DNA from: a virus
Lineage: Duplodnaviria; Caudoviricetes
Virus record (IMG/VR): IMGVR_UViG_3300012931_000003
Span: 1-57,447 of that record
Reading direction: 5' to 3' (one strand)
DNA length: 57,447 nucleotides
The notes under the pieces are model-generated. The model did no database searches and had not been told where the DNA came from. It worked only from the letters and a program-made list of their open reading frames with translations. Made by a program: the position numbers and the translations under genes. Below, one piece after another: positions 8,149-18,792 of this stretch (positions are counted from its first letter, which is position 1; the number at the start of each line of letters is the position of its first letter).

Positions 8149-8723
8149 TTATTGCCTCCAAGTAAATTCTTTCCAACGACGCCGAATATTCTTCTTGCAG
8201 CCTCTATGTCTGACATTGCGTCGTGTGCGTTTTCTATATCGCAGCCAAACAGTTCTTTATGTACGGTGTTTAGTTTGAAGTTTGGCATTTTATGGCGAAC
8301 ATCCATGAGATATACACCGGCCAATGACATGATGTCTATTGGAGGAGTCCAGAACCAGGAACCGAAGTAAACGTCTCCGAATCTGTTGAACAACGCACGG
8401 ATCATATTTGAGTCAAATTGGGCGTTGTAGGCAATGAAGAATAACTTGTCAAATTTGTCGTACTGGTCAACGTATTCTGAGATAATGCCACGGAATTGGG
8501 CAAGAGCATCTTTTGGATCTTGGAAAGAGTCAATTTCCTCGCGAGTTCGGCCCTGGACCTTCAGGGCTTCGTCGGTAACGATGGCGCCTTCATGCGGACG
8601 CATCGTAATACTGAATTTCTCTTCTAGGTTTTCCTGGCGTATGATACCGGCAAGCTGAGTGATGGCGCATTTTTCGGTGTCAACTCCGGTGGTTTCAGTG
8701 TCGATGTAAATAAGCTTGATCAT
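8145..8723 (-). CDS. DEDDh 3'-5' exonuclease (DnaQ-like)
   Basis: DTETTG, AYNAQFD, AHDAMSD. Confidence 0.9.
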   Translation of the reverse strand: MIKLIYIDTETTGVDTEKCAITQLAGIIRQENLEEKFSITMRPHEGAIVTDEALKVQGRTREEIDSFQDPKDALAQFRGIISEYVDQYDKFDKLFFIAYNAQFDSNMIRALFNRFGDVYFGSWFWTPPIDIMSLAGVYLMDVRHKMPNFKLNTVHKELFGCDIENAHDAMSDIEAARRIFGVVGKNLLGGNK

Positions 8724-8977
8724 TATAGTCGATAGCCTCTTTTCCTTTCTTCTTCGTTTTTAGGTTCGAAGAAACAGGTATTAAAATTATCGGTTATGAG
8801 GTCACGGTCCTTGAAAGCTTGACTAAGATCCTTCCACTTGCCTAGCGATACAATGAACACGTCGAGATCGCTAAAAAATGCTGAGTCGTCACCCATATCT
8901 ACCTCAGCAATTGCCGTGGTGTTGAAGTTGGAAGACTCTCGTATTTCTTCTGGGTGTTTCTTGTATCGTAACTTCAT
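8723..8977 (-). CDS. Hypothetical protein
   Basis: Start MKLRYKK at 8977 overlaps the upstream stop. Confidence 0.55.
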   Translation of the reverse strand: MKLRYKKHPEEIRESSNFNTTAIAEVDMGDDSAFFSDLDVFIVSLGKWKDLSQAFKDRDLITDNFNTCFFEPKNEEERKRGYRL

Positions 8978-9219
8978 TCCTGCCTCGGAAGCCAAAGATC
9001 TACATCGTCGGTAAGGAAGCCGTGAGCTCCGTAGAATACGTGAGTTCCGTATTCTGGCTCTTTGCACTTCTCGTAGAATCCTTCATAGGCATTTCCCATG
9101 AAAAAATACCAGACTGGCTGGTTTTCTTTTGGGACGCTTCCAGATTTGATGGAATTCCACGGAATGTTAAGGGATGGAGCGTTCGATAAGTCTGGATTGT
9201 TGGTTATGTTAGGTGGCAT
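8974..9219 (-). CDS. Hypothetical protein
   Basis: AGGAGG RBS; tight packing with neighbours. Confidence 0.55.
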   Translation of the reverse strand: MPPNITNNPDLSNAPSLNIPWNSIKSGSVPKENQPVWYFFMGNAYEGFYEKCKEPEYGTHVFYGAHGFLTDDVDLWLPRQE

Positions 9220-9303
9220 AAAACCTCCTGGTAATTATCTCATAAAGATGAAATATAATCAAATAAATTGTCAGGAATATGATACATTTTCCTGACAAAA
9301 TGC

Positions 9304-9627
9304 TTACTCGGATACGCCATTTTTCGGGAACTTTATCCAGTCGCGCTTTGACACATGTTCCCAGGTCTTTTCAAGGGCTTCACCGATGTCTATCCCGTTT
9401 AGAGTGCAGTAATCTATGAGATAGATTAGGATGTCGCCAACAGCGTCCTCTTTGGCTGCTTGATGCTCTTCTGGAGTTCCACGGATTCCCTGTTCTAGCT
9501 TTAGGTGGGCGTGGCAAAGCTCTCCAACTTCCTCGGAAACTCCAAGAAGGGGCTGGTAGGGTTTCCTGTTTGGAAAGTTGTGCTGTACCCATTGGTAATG
9601 GGCTTTTTGGAATTCTTTAAGATCCAT
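9304..9627 (-). CDS. MazG-like nucleotide pyrophosphohydrolase
   Basis: EEVGEL...EDAVGD all-alpha NTP-PPase motif. Confidence 0.85.
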   Translation of the reverse strand: MDLKEFQKAHYQWVQHNFPNRKPYQPLLGVSEEVGELCHAHLKLEQGIRGTPEEHQAAKEDAVGDILIYLIDYCTLNGIDIGEALEKTWEHVSKRDWIKFPKNGVSE

Positions 9628-10014
9628 TTAATCCTCCGGTATTACTTCTACTGCGTGATTTATGGTGTGACATTTCAAATAGTCACGATCATTGTACTGA
9701 TGGTTTATTTCTATTGGACTTACGAAGTGAAGTTCAAAACATCCATCAACGAATACCACAAACGCGTGAACGTGTCTTCCTGACGCAAGCACAACGTCGC
9801 ATTTGTCTTTCTCGAATATATGAACGTTTTTCTTGTCCATAAACCAAGTGGCCTGTCCAACGGAATCAGGTATTACTTCGTGTACCATCCATCGGTTATT
9901 CTCGTTTTTTGAGTAGATGAAGCAAACTCCTTCACTTTCTACGAAGTGGCCGTATACCCAGGTGGAAGTTTTGATGAACTTACCACGGAAGAGAATTTCG
10001 CGCATGCTATTCAT
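9628..10014 (-). CDS. YopX-family protein
   Basis: MREILFRGK...WVYG...SVGQAT..DKKNVHIFEKD. Confidence 0.8.
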   Translation of the reverse strand: MNSMREILFRGKFIKTSTWVYGHFVESEGVCFIYSKNENNRWMVHEVIPDSVGQATWFMDKKNVHIFEKDKCDVVLASGRHVHAFVVFVDGCFELHFVSPIEINHQYNDRDYLKCHTINHAVEVIPED

Positions 10015-10270
10015 ACATTTGACTCGATTTTGATCGTTTGAATGTTAACTTTTGGATTAAAGTCACCATTCCAAACTTTATCTCGTTGGTGTATGAGTAT
10101 TGACGTGGTCCGTCTGCATGCATGAGTACTTGAGATGTTCCCTCGGCTCCTTCTTTTATGCCATGAATTGTGTGTAGGTGAACAAAAAGATCAGCATAAC
10201 TATTCATTTCTGGGTGGTTTTTGCATGACTGGCATTCGTATGTCTCAGATATGAGATTTGATTTAGACAT
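10007..10270 (-). CDS. Hypothetical protein with C2H2-like motif
   Basis: CQSC...HLHTIH. Confidence 0.5.
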   Translation of the reverse strand: MSKSNLISETYECQSCKNHPEMNSYADLFVHLHTIHGIKEGAEGTSQVLMHADGPRQYSYTNEIKFGMVTLIQKLTFKRSKSSQMYE

Positions 10271-11689
10271 TCAGATCTCCTCCAGATGTAGGCTTGTATC
10301 CGCGCTCCCTGTACTCATCAAGCGCGGATTTTACTTCGTGGTATCTAGCTTCATGGCAATACGCGATAATGTCGTCGATGGTATCGTGTTCCGCCTTCCG
10401 TCGCTCGTCCGCGCGGAGGGTGACGAGCGCTGGGTATATTACTTCATCCGTTATCCACGCCCAGTTTTCCTCGAATATCTCTATGCCAAGCTCGGCTTGC
10501 ACACCAATCAGTATTTGATCGGCGGCTTCTTCGTCCCTATCCGACGCTTCCGACTGCGGGGTGGTTAGGGCGCAAAGTGCTCCTATCGATGCTACGTTGC
10601 GCTCGATTACATCTCCGAAACCCGTTGCCCAGTGCATCGATATCCATTCATTACTAAGGCGCAACGCCTCAATTGCGTTTTCGATCCGTTCCTTCTGGTT
10701 CATGCCTTCCCCTTGCTGGTTGATACTCGTCGCAAACATGATCTGGTTTTACCCTTACATCTGGGACTCCATAGCACACAATTCGACCGTTATACTCGTC
10801 AATATCTATCATGCCCCAAGTTGCAGCACAATTTTCGCACCGCTTACCATTAGTCGCCAATCGATAGTTAGGTCTGTTCCAAGCTTCCATATATGGCTCG
10901 CGGGTCACGACTTATCTTTGATGGCGGCGAGGGCGCTACGCGCCAGGCTTACAGCGTTTGTCGCCGAGATATACCCGTCCAATCGATCGTATGTATCGAT
11001 AATCTCGGTGATGTAGCCTATCGCCTTCTCCACCTCGGCGCTCATGGGGAGGTAGGGGTGGCGGTTCCATGCAGGACAGGGCCTCATTGTTGGGTCGGGG
11101 CATTCCATCTGAGCTGTTCCGCACGTCTCGCACGTCCTTTCCGTCGTCGCGTGACTCTTCCCGTCGCACTCGTCGCCGCAGGCTAAGCCAGTGCAGTGGT
11201 CGCATTTAACTTCACTCATTCTACTTCCTACTGGTATTTGGCGAGGGCTTCACGGGCTTCCTCTACTACAACTGCGTAAGCGGTCATATATGAATGAGGA
11301 GACCGGTTAGCCTTTGAGATCTTTCGCATTGCTTCCACAAGCCCCTCCGACCGTTCCCGCTCTTTCGATAGCTGATCCGCAAGGCGGGCCATTTTGACGA
11401 GGATTGGTGTTGCTAATTCTTTTTCGAGCTCAGCGGTTCGGCTCTGAAGTTTAGTGAATGCTTCTATTATCGATTTTACGGCTCCGACCGATGAGCCGTC
11501 TGGAGTATCGATTCCGGCCCTGAAGCACAGAGAGGCTATTTCTTCGTGCGCGCGCTGAGCCTCGTCTGCATCATCGCTAGGTTTCTCGGATTCAATCTCC
11601 AAGAGGCATTCGTTGAATAACTGCCTATGGTGGCTCAATTGGGCGAGGCTAAGGCCAAGTTCGAGGGCTTCTTTGATTTTATTGTTCAC
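10263..11689 (-). CDS. Cluster of four hypothetical genes (10263-10703, 10669-10908, 10905-11219, 11228-11689)
   Basis: Overlapping start/stop packing and RBSs; two are Cys-rich. Confidence 0.5.
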
Positions 11690-11730
11690 GGATTGCCTCC
11701 TAGTACATTATACACATGTTGAAGATATTG

Positions 11731-12041
11731 TCAACTATTATTATCCTTGGTGAAGTTTTTTATGTCGTATCTTGTTTTGGAGCCGTCGAGAGCTGTTACG
11801 ATGCGCATGGCTTCCCAGTTGATGAGAATCCAGAAGATCTCGCCTTTGTATTTTATTTTGGTCCATACAACGTCGTGTACACCGTGCTGTTTTTTACCTA
11901 TGCCTTTGCCTATTTTGTATTTTTCAATGTATGAAGAATGACCTGCCTGTCGTGATGATTGATGTTTATTCCTACACGTTCTTTTACGCGTTTTACTGAG
12001 TGCATATGCATGGCGTGTAGGTGGAGTTTGGAATATTTCAA
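11731..12041 (-). pseudogene. Frameshifted small gene (H-x-x-x-R-x-x-ER motif)
   Basis: TTG start overlaps the upstream TGA; MKYSKL...HSVKRVKERVG... continues in the -1 frame as ...YIEKYKIG...RIVTALDG...; span 311 nt = 3n+2. Confidence 0.45.
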
Positions 12042-12634
12042 TATGGCTTAACCATTATTCTATTTCTATTGTTACCGTTGGCGTGTTCTCGCATCGCGTG
12101 AACGATGATATCTCTTTCCGCCATCATGTTCGGCCTAAACCTTTTGCTATCTACTTTTTTATAGAACATAGCCCCAGATACCCATATCAATCCCCACCCT
12201 ACCGGCAAGTCTTCTGGTTTTATTATTTCTTTTTCGCATACGAAATATCGCAACGTACCAAGGTGAGGCTTTTCAACGTATTCAAAATGACCTGTAATGT
12301 TATGTGAAAATCTTTTTATATTTGATAATTTGTATACAGTTTTCTTATCTGCTACGTATTCTCCGTTTTTGATCCTGTCTTCAATTCTCTCTATCGTATA
12401 GTCTATGTTGGTGTAGGAGACACCGTTAACATGCTTTATTCTTGCTTGTTTCTTTTTGTCAGCTAGAAAATCAGACCTGCTTGTTTTTATCTCAAGTAGC
12501 ATTGATGGTTTTGCTCCTAGGAGCAGGACATCAGGAAACTCGCTGGTGGAAAACGATTGGTATTCCCACAGGCCAACGTGGTAGTCTTTGAGGAAATGGC
12601 GGCAGGATAGTTCGCAAAGTTCAGAGTGGGTCAT
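12038..12634 (-). CDS. PD-(D/E)XK nuclease-like protein (MmcB-like)
   Basis: EFPDVL...LEIKTSRSDFLAD; EDLPVGWGLI. Confidence 0.7.
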   Translation of the reverse strand: MTHSELCELSCRHFLKDYHVGLWEYQSFSTSEFPDVLLLGAKPSMLLEIKTSRSDFLADKKKQARIKHVNGVSYTNIDYTIERIEDRIKNGEYVADKKTVYKLSNIKRFSHNITGHFEYVEKPHLGTLRYFVCEKEIIKPEDLPVGWGLIWVSGAMFYKKVDSKRFRPNMMAERDIIVHAMREHANGNNRNRIMVKPY

Positions 12635-12642
12635 ATGACTTA

Positions 12643-13053
12643 CTACCTCGCAATGCCTGTTGGAGTTTGATGAGAAGTACCGACTACTTCTACGAATCTA
12701 TTAAGAGAATATATTGATTCGTTGTCGGTGTCATACATCCAATCGGTGCATGTGAATGATGCAGTCTCGTCGCGCCACATAACCTCAGTTAGCCCATTGT
12801 CTTCTTTATCCCACTGATCATACTCAGGATTGTCGTTGCTGGTAGCCAGGAGGTCGTGTTCGTAGATCTCGGTTTTATTCTTATCATGTAGGCCGGTGAA
12901 GAGGTCGCGGGAGATGAGTTCCCAGGAATCGTTGGAAAGCATAAAAAACAGATGACCGCACGCGTCTTCAACTGCCTCTATTGTGGATATTATCATGTAG
13001 AGATGGCTGTCTGATTTGCGACGAAATACGTAGCGGAGTTTAATGGTTTTCAC
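12643..13053 (-). CDS. Second YopX-family protein
   Basis: LFTGLHDKNKTEIYEHDL; EVVG near the C-terminus. Confidence 0.75.
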   Translation of the reverse strand: MKTIKLRYVFRRKSDSHLYMIISTIEAVEDACGHLFFMLSNDSWELISRDLFTGLHDKNKTEIYEHDLLATSNDNPEYDQWDKEDNGLTEVMWRDETASFTCTDWMYDTDNESIYSLNRFVEVVGTSHQTPTGIAR

Positions 13054-13112
13054 GGTATTCCTCTCCGTATAGAACTAGCGGCGCTCAGACTGAAGCCGAG
13101 CGCCGCTTCCAA

Positions 13113-14255
13113 TTACTGCACTTCCAGGAGCTTCAGGCCGGAAGCCTCACACACGGTCTTGTACGAAGCAAGGGCCTTGATAGCGTTCGCTTCGGCCTCC
13201 TCCACGGTCGGGAATTCGACGGTTAGGTCGCGCTTCACGAATCCCTTGGCATCCTGAGCGAAGTTCATGCGTACCCGAGTTGTGATCTGGTCGTTAATCT
13301 CTGGCATTGTTGCCTCCTAAAAATAGTATCGCATAAGAGCGTGATGTTGTCAATGGGAAGTTTTGGTGTGTGGAAATTTTAATTTCTTCTGCATCTTTTC
13401 TCTTTTTATGTTTAGTTTTTCTATTTCTATTTCACTGCGATCTATGCAATCAATAACGAATACCCTATGTTCTTGGCACAGGATAGTAGTTTTCTTTACA
13501 AACTCGGGTAATTTCATCATGAGTTTTGGTTGAGTAAAAAGACTTCCATCTTCTCCGCATGGCTCAAGCGCACCGTTGCGCCAGACTCGATATTGGCATC
13601 CGGTCATAAGCTCGAACCGTGTCTCATTATCTTATTCTTGGTGATACCGAGCTTTCTGCCAAGAGATCGCCTTGCTCTTATCAGGCTTAATACGCTGCTA
13701 CAAGTCGGGCAAACCTCATCCATATCTAAAACGTCGCAGCAGTATTCTTCGAAATCCATGCCGCCTTCTTCGGTGTTACGAGCGTCTTTGTCAGCCTGGA
13801 AATAGTCGTGAACGTGATTGGAGGTGAACTGTCCGTCAATGGGATGGGTGTCATCTATGAATAACTTCTTAATTCGAGCTGTGGTTTTGATCATTGCGCT
13901 TCTGATGGAGTAATACTCTATGATTAGCATCTGTGATTTTACAAGGTTGTCGAGTTCGCGTTGGGTATAGTCGTCGATGGTTTTCACATGGGTCCTCCAT
14001 TTGTAGTATGAATGAGTTATGGAATATTGTCAACTAATCATTTTGTTTTGAATTTTGAAGTTCGAGAAATCTGGAGTGGAGTCTTTGAATCACTCTGGAC
14101 CATACGGCATGAAGGCCGTTTTGGACTTGTTCTGGCATTAGGTCCAGGTCGTACAGAAGTCCGTCTGTAGGTTGGTCGATTATTTTGTCGATAACTTCGT
14201 CAGTGATAGATAAGCCTTTTTGGATTGATTCTTGGTCGGTGAGTTCTAATGGCAT
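13113..14255 (-). CDS. Four hypothetical genes (13113-13307, 13350-13607, 13604-13987, 14034-14255)
   Basis: GGAGG RBSs; several have their own TTGACA promoter. Confidence 0.55.
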
Positions 14256-14297
14256 TCTTTTCCTCCGGGGGTATTGTTGCATGGATGTATAATATTG

Positions 14298-14855
14298 TCA
14301 ACCCCACTGCTCCGCCATGGCTTTTGCGATGCCTGGGTATGTCTTCGATCTTAGCCTTGCCCTGTCTGGAGATGGAGCCATCCTCCAGCATTTTGCTTCC
14401 CTGCCATCAACAATTTCTGTCGGCTGCAATTTAGGAAGCCCTTTGAGCCATAGGCATGTTGCCTTCGTCTCGCCATGACCAAATTGCCATGGTTGTATTA
14501 TTTGGTCTGGTTTTCTGTATATGTTTGACATTATGCCGACAGGGTTTTCAATTGCAACTTTTCCACATTTTAGATTTGTGAATAGCATAAAGAAGTCAAT
14601 GCTTCTACGCTGTCTGCCATCAACTCTTTTTTGTGCGAACCATCTTGCTCCAGACGAACACAGATCGGTGCATGGAGGAAATGCTATTATCATATCCCAA
14701 TCTTCTTCAAGTAATGGAGTTACATCTTGCTGTAGGTGCCATTCTGGATGGCCGCCCGAGCATGGAATAATGTCGCAGGAATACGCTTCATTACCGCGAA
14801 GGCGGAATTGGGTGGTTACGGCTTGGGACTCTTCGCAGGCGACCAATATTTTCAT
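14298..14855 (-). CDS. Short phage DNA cytosine-C5 methyltransferase-like protein
   Basis: ILVACEES, AFPPCT, IENP, RSKTYPGIAKAMAEQW. Confidence 0.75.
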   Translation of the reverse strand: MKILVACEESQAVTTQFRLRGNEAYSCDIIPCSGGHPEWHLQQDVTPLLEEDWDMIIAFPPCTDLCSSGARWFAQKRVDGRQRRSIDFFMLFTNLKCGKVAIENPVGIMSNIYRKPDQIIQPWQFGHGETKATCLWLKGLPKLQPTEIVDGREAKCWRMAPSPDRARLRSKTYPGIAKAMAEQWG

Positions 14856-14861
14856 TAGGGA

Positions 14862-14890
14862 AGTTTAACTGGTAATTATAATATTGTCAA
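14862..14890 (-). promoter_or_regulatory. Sigma70-type promoter (TTGACA-17-TAAACT); representative of a family with -35 boxes at 6169, 11729, 13348, 14028, 14296, 27313 (-) and 27855 (+)
   Basis: Consensus -35 with a 16-17 nt spacer and a -10-like hexamer upstream of gene starts. Confidence 0.75.
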
Positions 14891-15035
14891 CTGGAAATGA
14901 GAGCGAGATGGAAATGGGGCACCTTGGCACCTGGGGTGCCCCTATACAAAAAATTGCTAAAATTCTGTATAGTACTATTTTGTCGAATCTTAAAATAAAT
15001 ATGATAACACTGTATACTTGTGATATAATGTGTGC

Positions 15036-15503
15036 ATGAAACATACAGCGAAACTATTGAGCTTGCCCATTTTATTGGTCGCCCTGGTATCATGCGAAGC
15101 TATCCATAATGTACAGGCTATATATGAGTACTTTGATGATGCATACGCAGACCAGGATATACCCTATCAACCGTGCTCTCTTGACGAGGCATGGCAATGG
15201 GTGTCAGTCAACATCGAATACCGTGCCGATCCTCAAGGCGGACGCAAGCGCTCACCTGAAGAGACCTACGCACTACGCTATGGCGATTGTGAAGACTATG
15301 CGCTATTGCTCGCTTACTTTGGCTATACGCTAGGGCTTGACGTGCGCGTGGTAGTTTCCGCGGATCACGCCATATGTAAACACAACGGCCTATACATTGA
15401 GCCTCAAGTATATAATAAATACTATGATGAATTCCCGGTCACCAGGGAATACACCTATCAAGAGGCCTTTTATACCCCATTCATTCGATCAACAAACAAC
15501 TAA
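15036..15503 (+). CDS. Lipoprotein with transglutaminase-like cysteine protease domain
   Basis: Signal ending LLVALVS-C; GDCEDYA, DHA and IEPQ motifs. Confidence 0.75.
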   Translation: MKHTAKLLSLPILLVALVSCEAIHNVQAIYEYFDDAYADQDIPYQPCSLDEAWQWVSVNIEYRADPQGGRKRSPEETYALRYGDCEDYALLLAYFGYTLGLDVRVVVSADHAICKHNGLYIEPQVYNKYYDEFPVTREYTYQEAFYTPFIRSTNN

Positions 15504-15641
15504 CATCCGTATAGTATAAATCCTCATAAAATCATACGAATTATGCACTTATAAGCCATTGCCTACTATACGGAATAGCATAATCCGTGGTATTTTAATG
15601 TCGAGAGTGATTGACAATATCAATGCATGGGAGGCGAGATT

Positions 15642-18600
15642 ATGACAGTACGCGACCTTATAGAAACGGTAGGACCTGACGGACTCGATAGGGAATTATC
15701 CTTTTTACTTCAAGGCGCAAAGGGTATCGGATGCTCAAGAGAAATAACCAATATACATTGCGTTGACCACGCAAGCTGGAAGAAAAGTGTTTGCATATAT
15801 GGTCGCAATGATACCCTGAAAATAGACGAGACAAAAGAAGTCAAAAAGCATTTTGCTGATATAAAAAGACAAAACAGGGAATATGCGAAAGCTCACAAGA
15901 ATGATGCAAGGGAGGCGACCGAATGAGTAACGAAACCACCAAGAAAGCCCTGGACATCGCTACCGAGCGAGCGCGCGAAGCCCTCCGCAAGGCAGGAAGG
16001 CCGCAGGCGGCGCATAGTGAAGCGGTTATCGTGCGCAAGAGCTTAACTCTGTACAGCGTGCGCCGCACGGCTTAGTACCGTTATCAATGGCCTTGCAATG
16101 AGGCCATGAATAACCGCACTAGGCGGAATTTAGTATCGGGGGTTTTTATGACAGTAAAGTACAGCGCTAGCGTTCTAGTACCGGCCGGCTGGAGAAATGT
16201 GACGATCACGGCCGAAGTCGAAAAAACATCTGAAAAGATGGCTACTGTCACTAGAGTTATCTTTATCGATGGCGAGGCACCGATAGGGTATACCAGCAGG
16301 ACGGGAGCCAAGAGGCAAACATACCACGCCGCAGGAATTGCCGAACGGGAGAAAGGAAAGAAAAAGCGATTATCGGCTTGCAGTATTGTTTAAGCGCTTT
16401 ATTTTATCCGCCTAGCAATAGGCGGACTAAATAGCGCGCCTAGCGTGCTTATCTTAGGTTGGAGGTTTATCGTGACGAACAAAATCGGCCCCTATCCTAT
16501 CCATGAGCCTACGCGCTCGCACACTGGCGTTGATCACGTCGATCAATCCTACACGCGCGGGATTCAGGGTCAACGCGTATTCGACGGTCCCGTCCATCTG
16601 TACTATATCGACGGGCGCGTGAAGTCCATCGTTTCGGCCGGTATCAAATTGACCGAACAAAACGCGCATACCTTCGCCGATCGCGCCTATTATGGCGGGA
16701 TTCCCGCGTTCGTGGATGTTGAGGAATTCGAGGCGGCGCAATGAGTAGAAACAAGTATAAGCATCCCATATCAGTACCAATATTTTATAAAGGGTACACA
16801 ATAACTTATAATTACATGGCTATATTGTGGGTCATAAATAAGAACGGAGCACATATAGCCATGTCCACAAGCGAAGATATGGCGAAGCATACCATAGACA
16901 AATTAACGGAGCCGGTAAAATGATCATCGACCAATTCCGCGATTATGGCGGCTACTCCACGGACATCGACGCGCTCAAGTTGCGAGCTAGGTTATTTGCT
17001 AAGGGAGCAACACGCGCAACGGACATAGCTCTTGCGCGCAAGCTTTTCGGACATTCCAGGAAATTCGCGCAACGTGCGCACTACCTGGAAAACATGGCTA
17101 AGATTGAAGGGAGGAAGGCGCGATGAAATACACGAAAAAAGAGATTGCCGACGCATACGCGACCATTGAACAATATCGCGGATGCAATATCGCAGCGGCC
17201 GTTAATCACATTTCCCGTTCAGGGATGTCAAGGCGCATAGAATTCTATGCAATCCATGATAATGAGATAAGCCGTATAGGCTACCTTATCGCCAGAATTG
17301 CCGACTATCCATACGACGTTGATAAGGGAGGCATCCGTGCCGACGGCTGCGGCATGGACATGCGCTTTTCAATTCTCAGTAATTTCAATTACAAAATGTG
17401 GGACAAGGAAGTCAAAGCGCGCTTCCCTGAAATTGAAAACGCATTTTCACCGGAAGCGGCCGAAAAGATGGGAAGAGAAAAAGGATATCGGGTCTACGAT
17501 ACTTATTTTTTCAACGCTAATAACATTCGCGATATCTAGCGCGCAAGGTTAACGGACTTCTAGGCGGTTCACGGCCGCCTAGCGCTATATCTCAGCTTAG
17601 GGAGGTTTTTTTATGTCAAGATTTTCGGAATTGCTGAGAAAGAGGCGGAATGAATTAGGCAATAAATTCGATGCCTCAGACCTAGAATGTGTTTGCCCTG
17701 CCATCCTTGAGGCGTTCGAATCCGGTCAACGTGTAAGGCTTTCACGTGACGGTGGACAAACGTATTCCGATGGATATATCGGAAATACTACGGGATGGAA
17801 ACCGTGTTTCCTGTTAGTCCATAACAGGCGAAGTCTAGGAAGCTCATATTGTATTGATCAACGTGATTCGGTAATAAAGAAATTCAACACTTTTAGACAT
17901 AAGTAACCGCTCGCAAGTAGCCTAGTCCGCTTCATAAGCGGACGGCGGTATAGATCCGTATGGGTCAAAATTATGTTAGGGGGGGGCGTTATGGAGCTAT
18001 CTGAAGAAATGCTAGCCGATTATGAGGCTAGGGCAAAAGCGGAGCGAGACGCGGGCGGATTTATAGAGATAAATTCGCATATTCCGTATGTATCGGTGCA
18101 AATGTCCGATGGTTCGGAATATTTCTTCCAGGATCAGGAAGCATCGGAATTGCTGGACGAGGTGCCAGACAATATAAGCGAGGAAGATTATGTCTTCGCG
18201 ATTGCACAAGGTTGGTAATATGTCGAAACAATTCGAATTGGTAGATTGCCGACGCGGCGCGCCTATGGGTCGCTCGACTTTCGGCGAGGCCCGCGAGGTA
18301 TCAAACGGACGTATTGAGCTTTTCAGGGTCCGTTTCGTCGATGGTGATTATGATGATGGTGGAGCATACTGGGGCGGATATCCTTCATTGTCTCTTTATT
18401 GCGCAAGGACCGGAGACGGTTCTACCTATCGGAATTTCGCACGGGCGAAAAGCAGGAAAGAGGCGGCCGAAATAATGGAAATTCCTTTCGAAAAATTAAA
18501 AAGGGGATTTAATGCCTAAAATCAACCTAGGCTTCAAGGTCCTTTTAGTTGACGACGGCGCTATTTTTTGCGTCGATCGTGCATATCCGGGGCGAGACTT

Positions 18601-18739
18601 TTCAACGCGCCTAGAGACTGCGGACGCGGAAAAAGCCCTGAAAATGTATAACGTTTTCGACTTATCGCCCGGCGAGCGAAAAAGAATCGTCGTAAAGGAG
18701 GGAAGAAAAAGGCGAACGATAGCCGTGCATACCGCGTAA
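15642..18739 (+). CDS. Operon of 11 small hypothetical genes (15642-15926, 15923-16075, 16148-16393, 16472-16744, 16741-16923, 16920-17126, 17123-17539, 17613-17906, 17991-18218, 18220-18519, 18512-18739)
   Basis: Co-oriented, ATGA overlaps, GGAGG-type RBSs, closed by a terminator. Confidence 0.65.
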
Positions 18740-18761
18740 AGCGCGGATCGGTTCAGAGTGT

Positions 18762-18792
18762 AGGCCGTAGGCGATAAGCTTACGGCCTTTTT
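18762..18792 (+). terminator. Rho-independent terminator
   Basis: AGGCCGTAGGC-GATAA-GCTTACGGCCT-TTTT. Confidence 0.8.

Noticed and set aside
14916-14972. Protelomerase (telRL) site of a linear plasmid-prophage
   Set aside because: The inverted repeats are short with spacers rather than one long palindrome, and I recognised no protelomerase gene.
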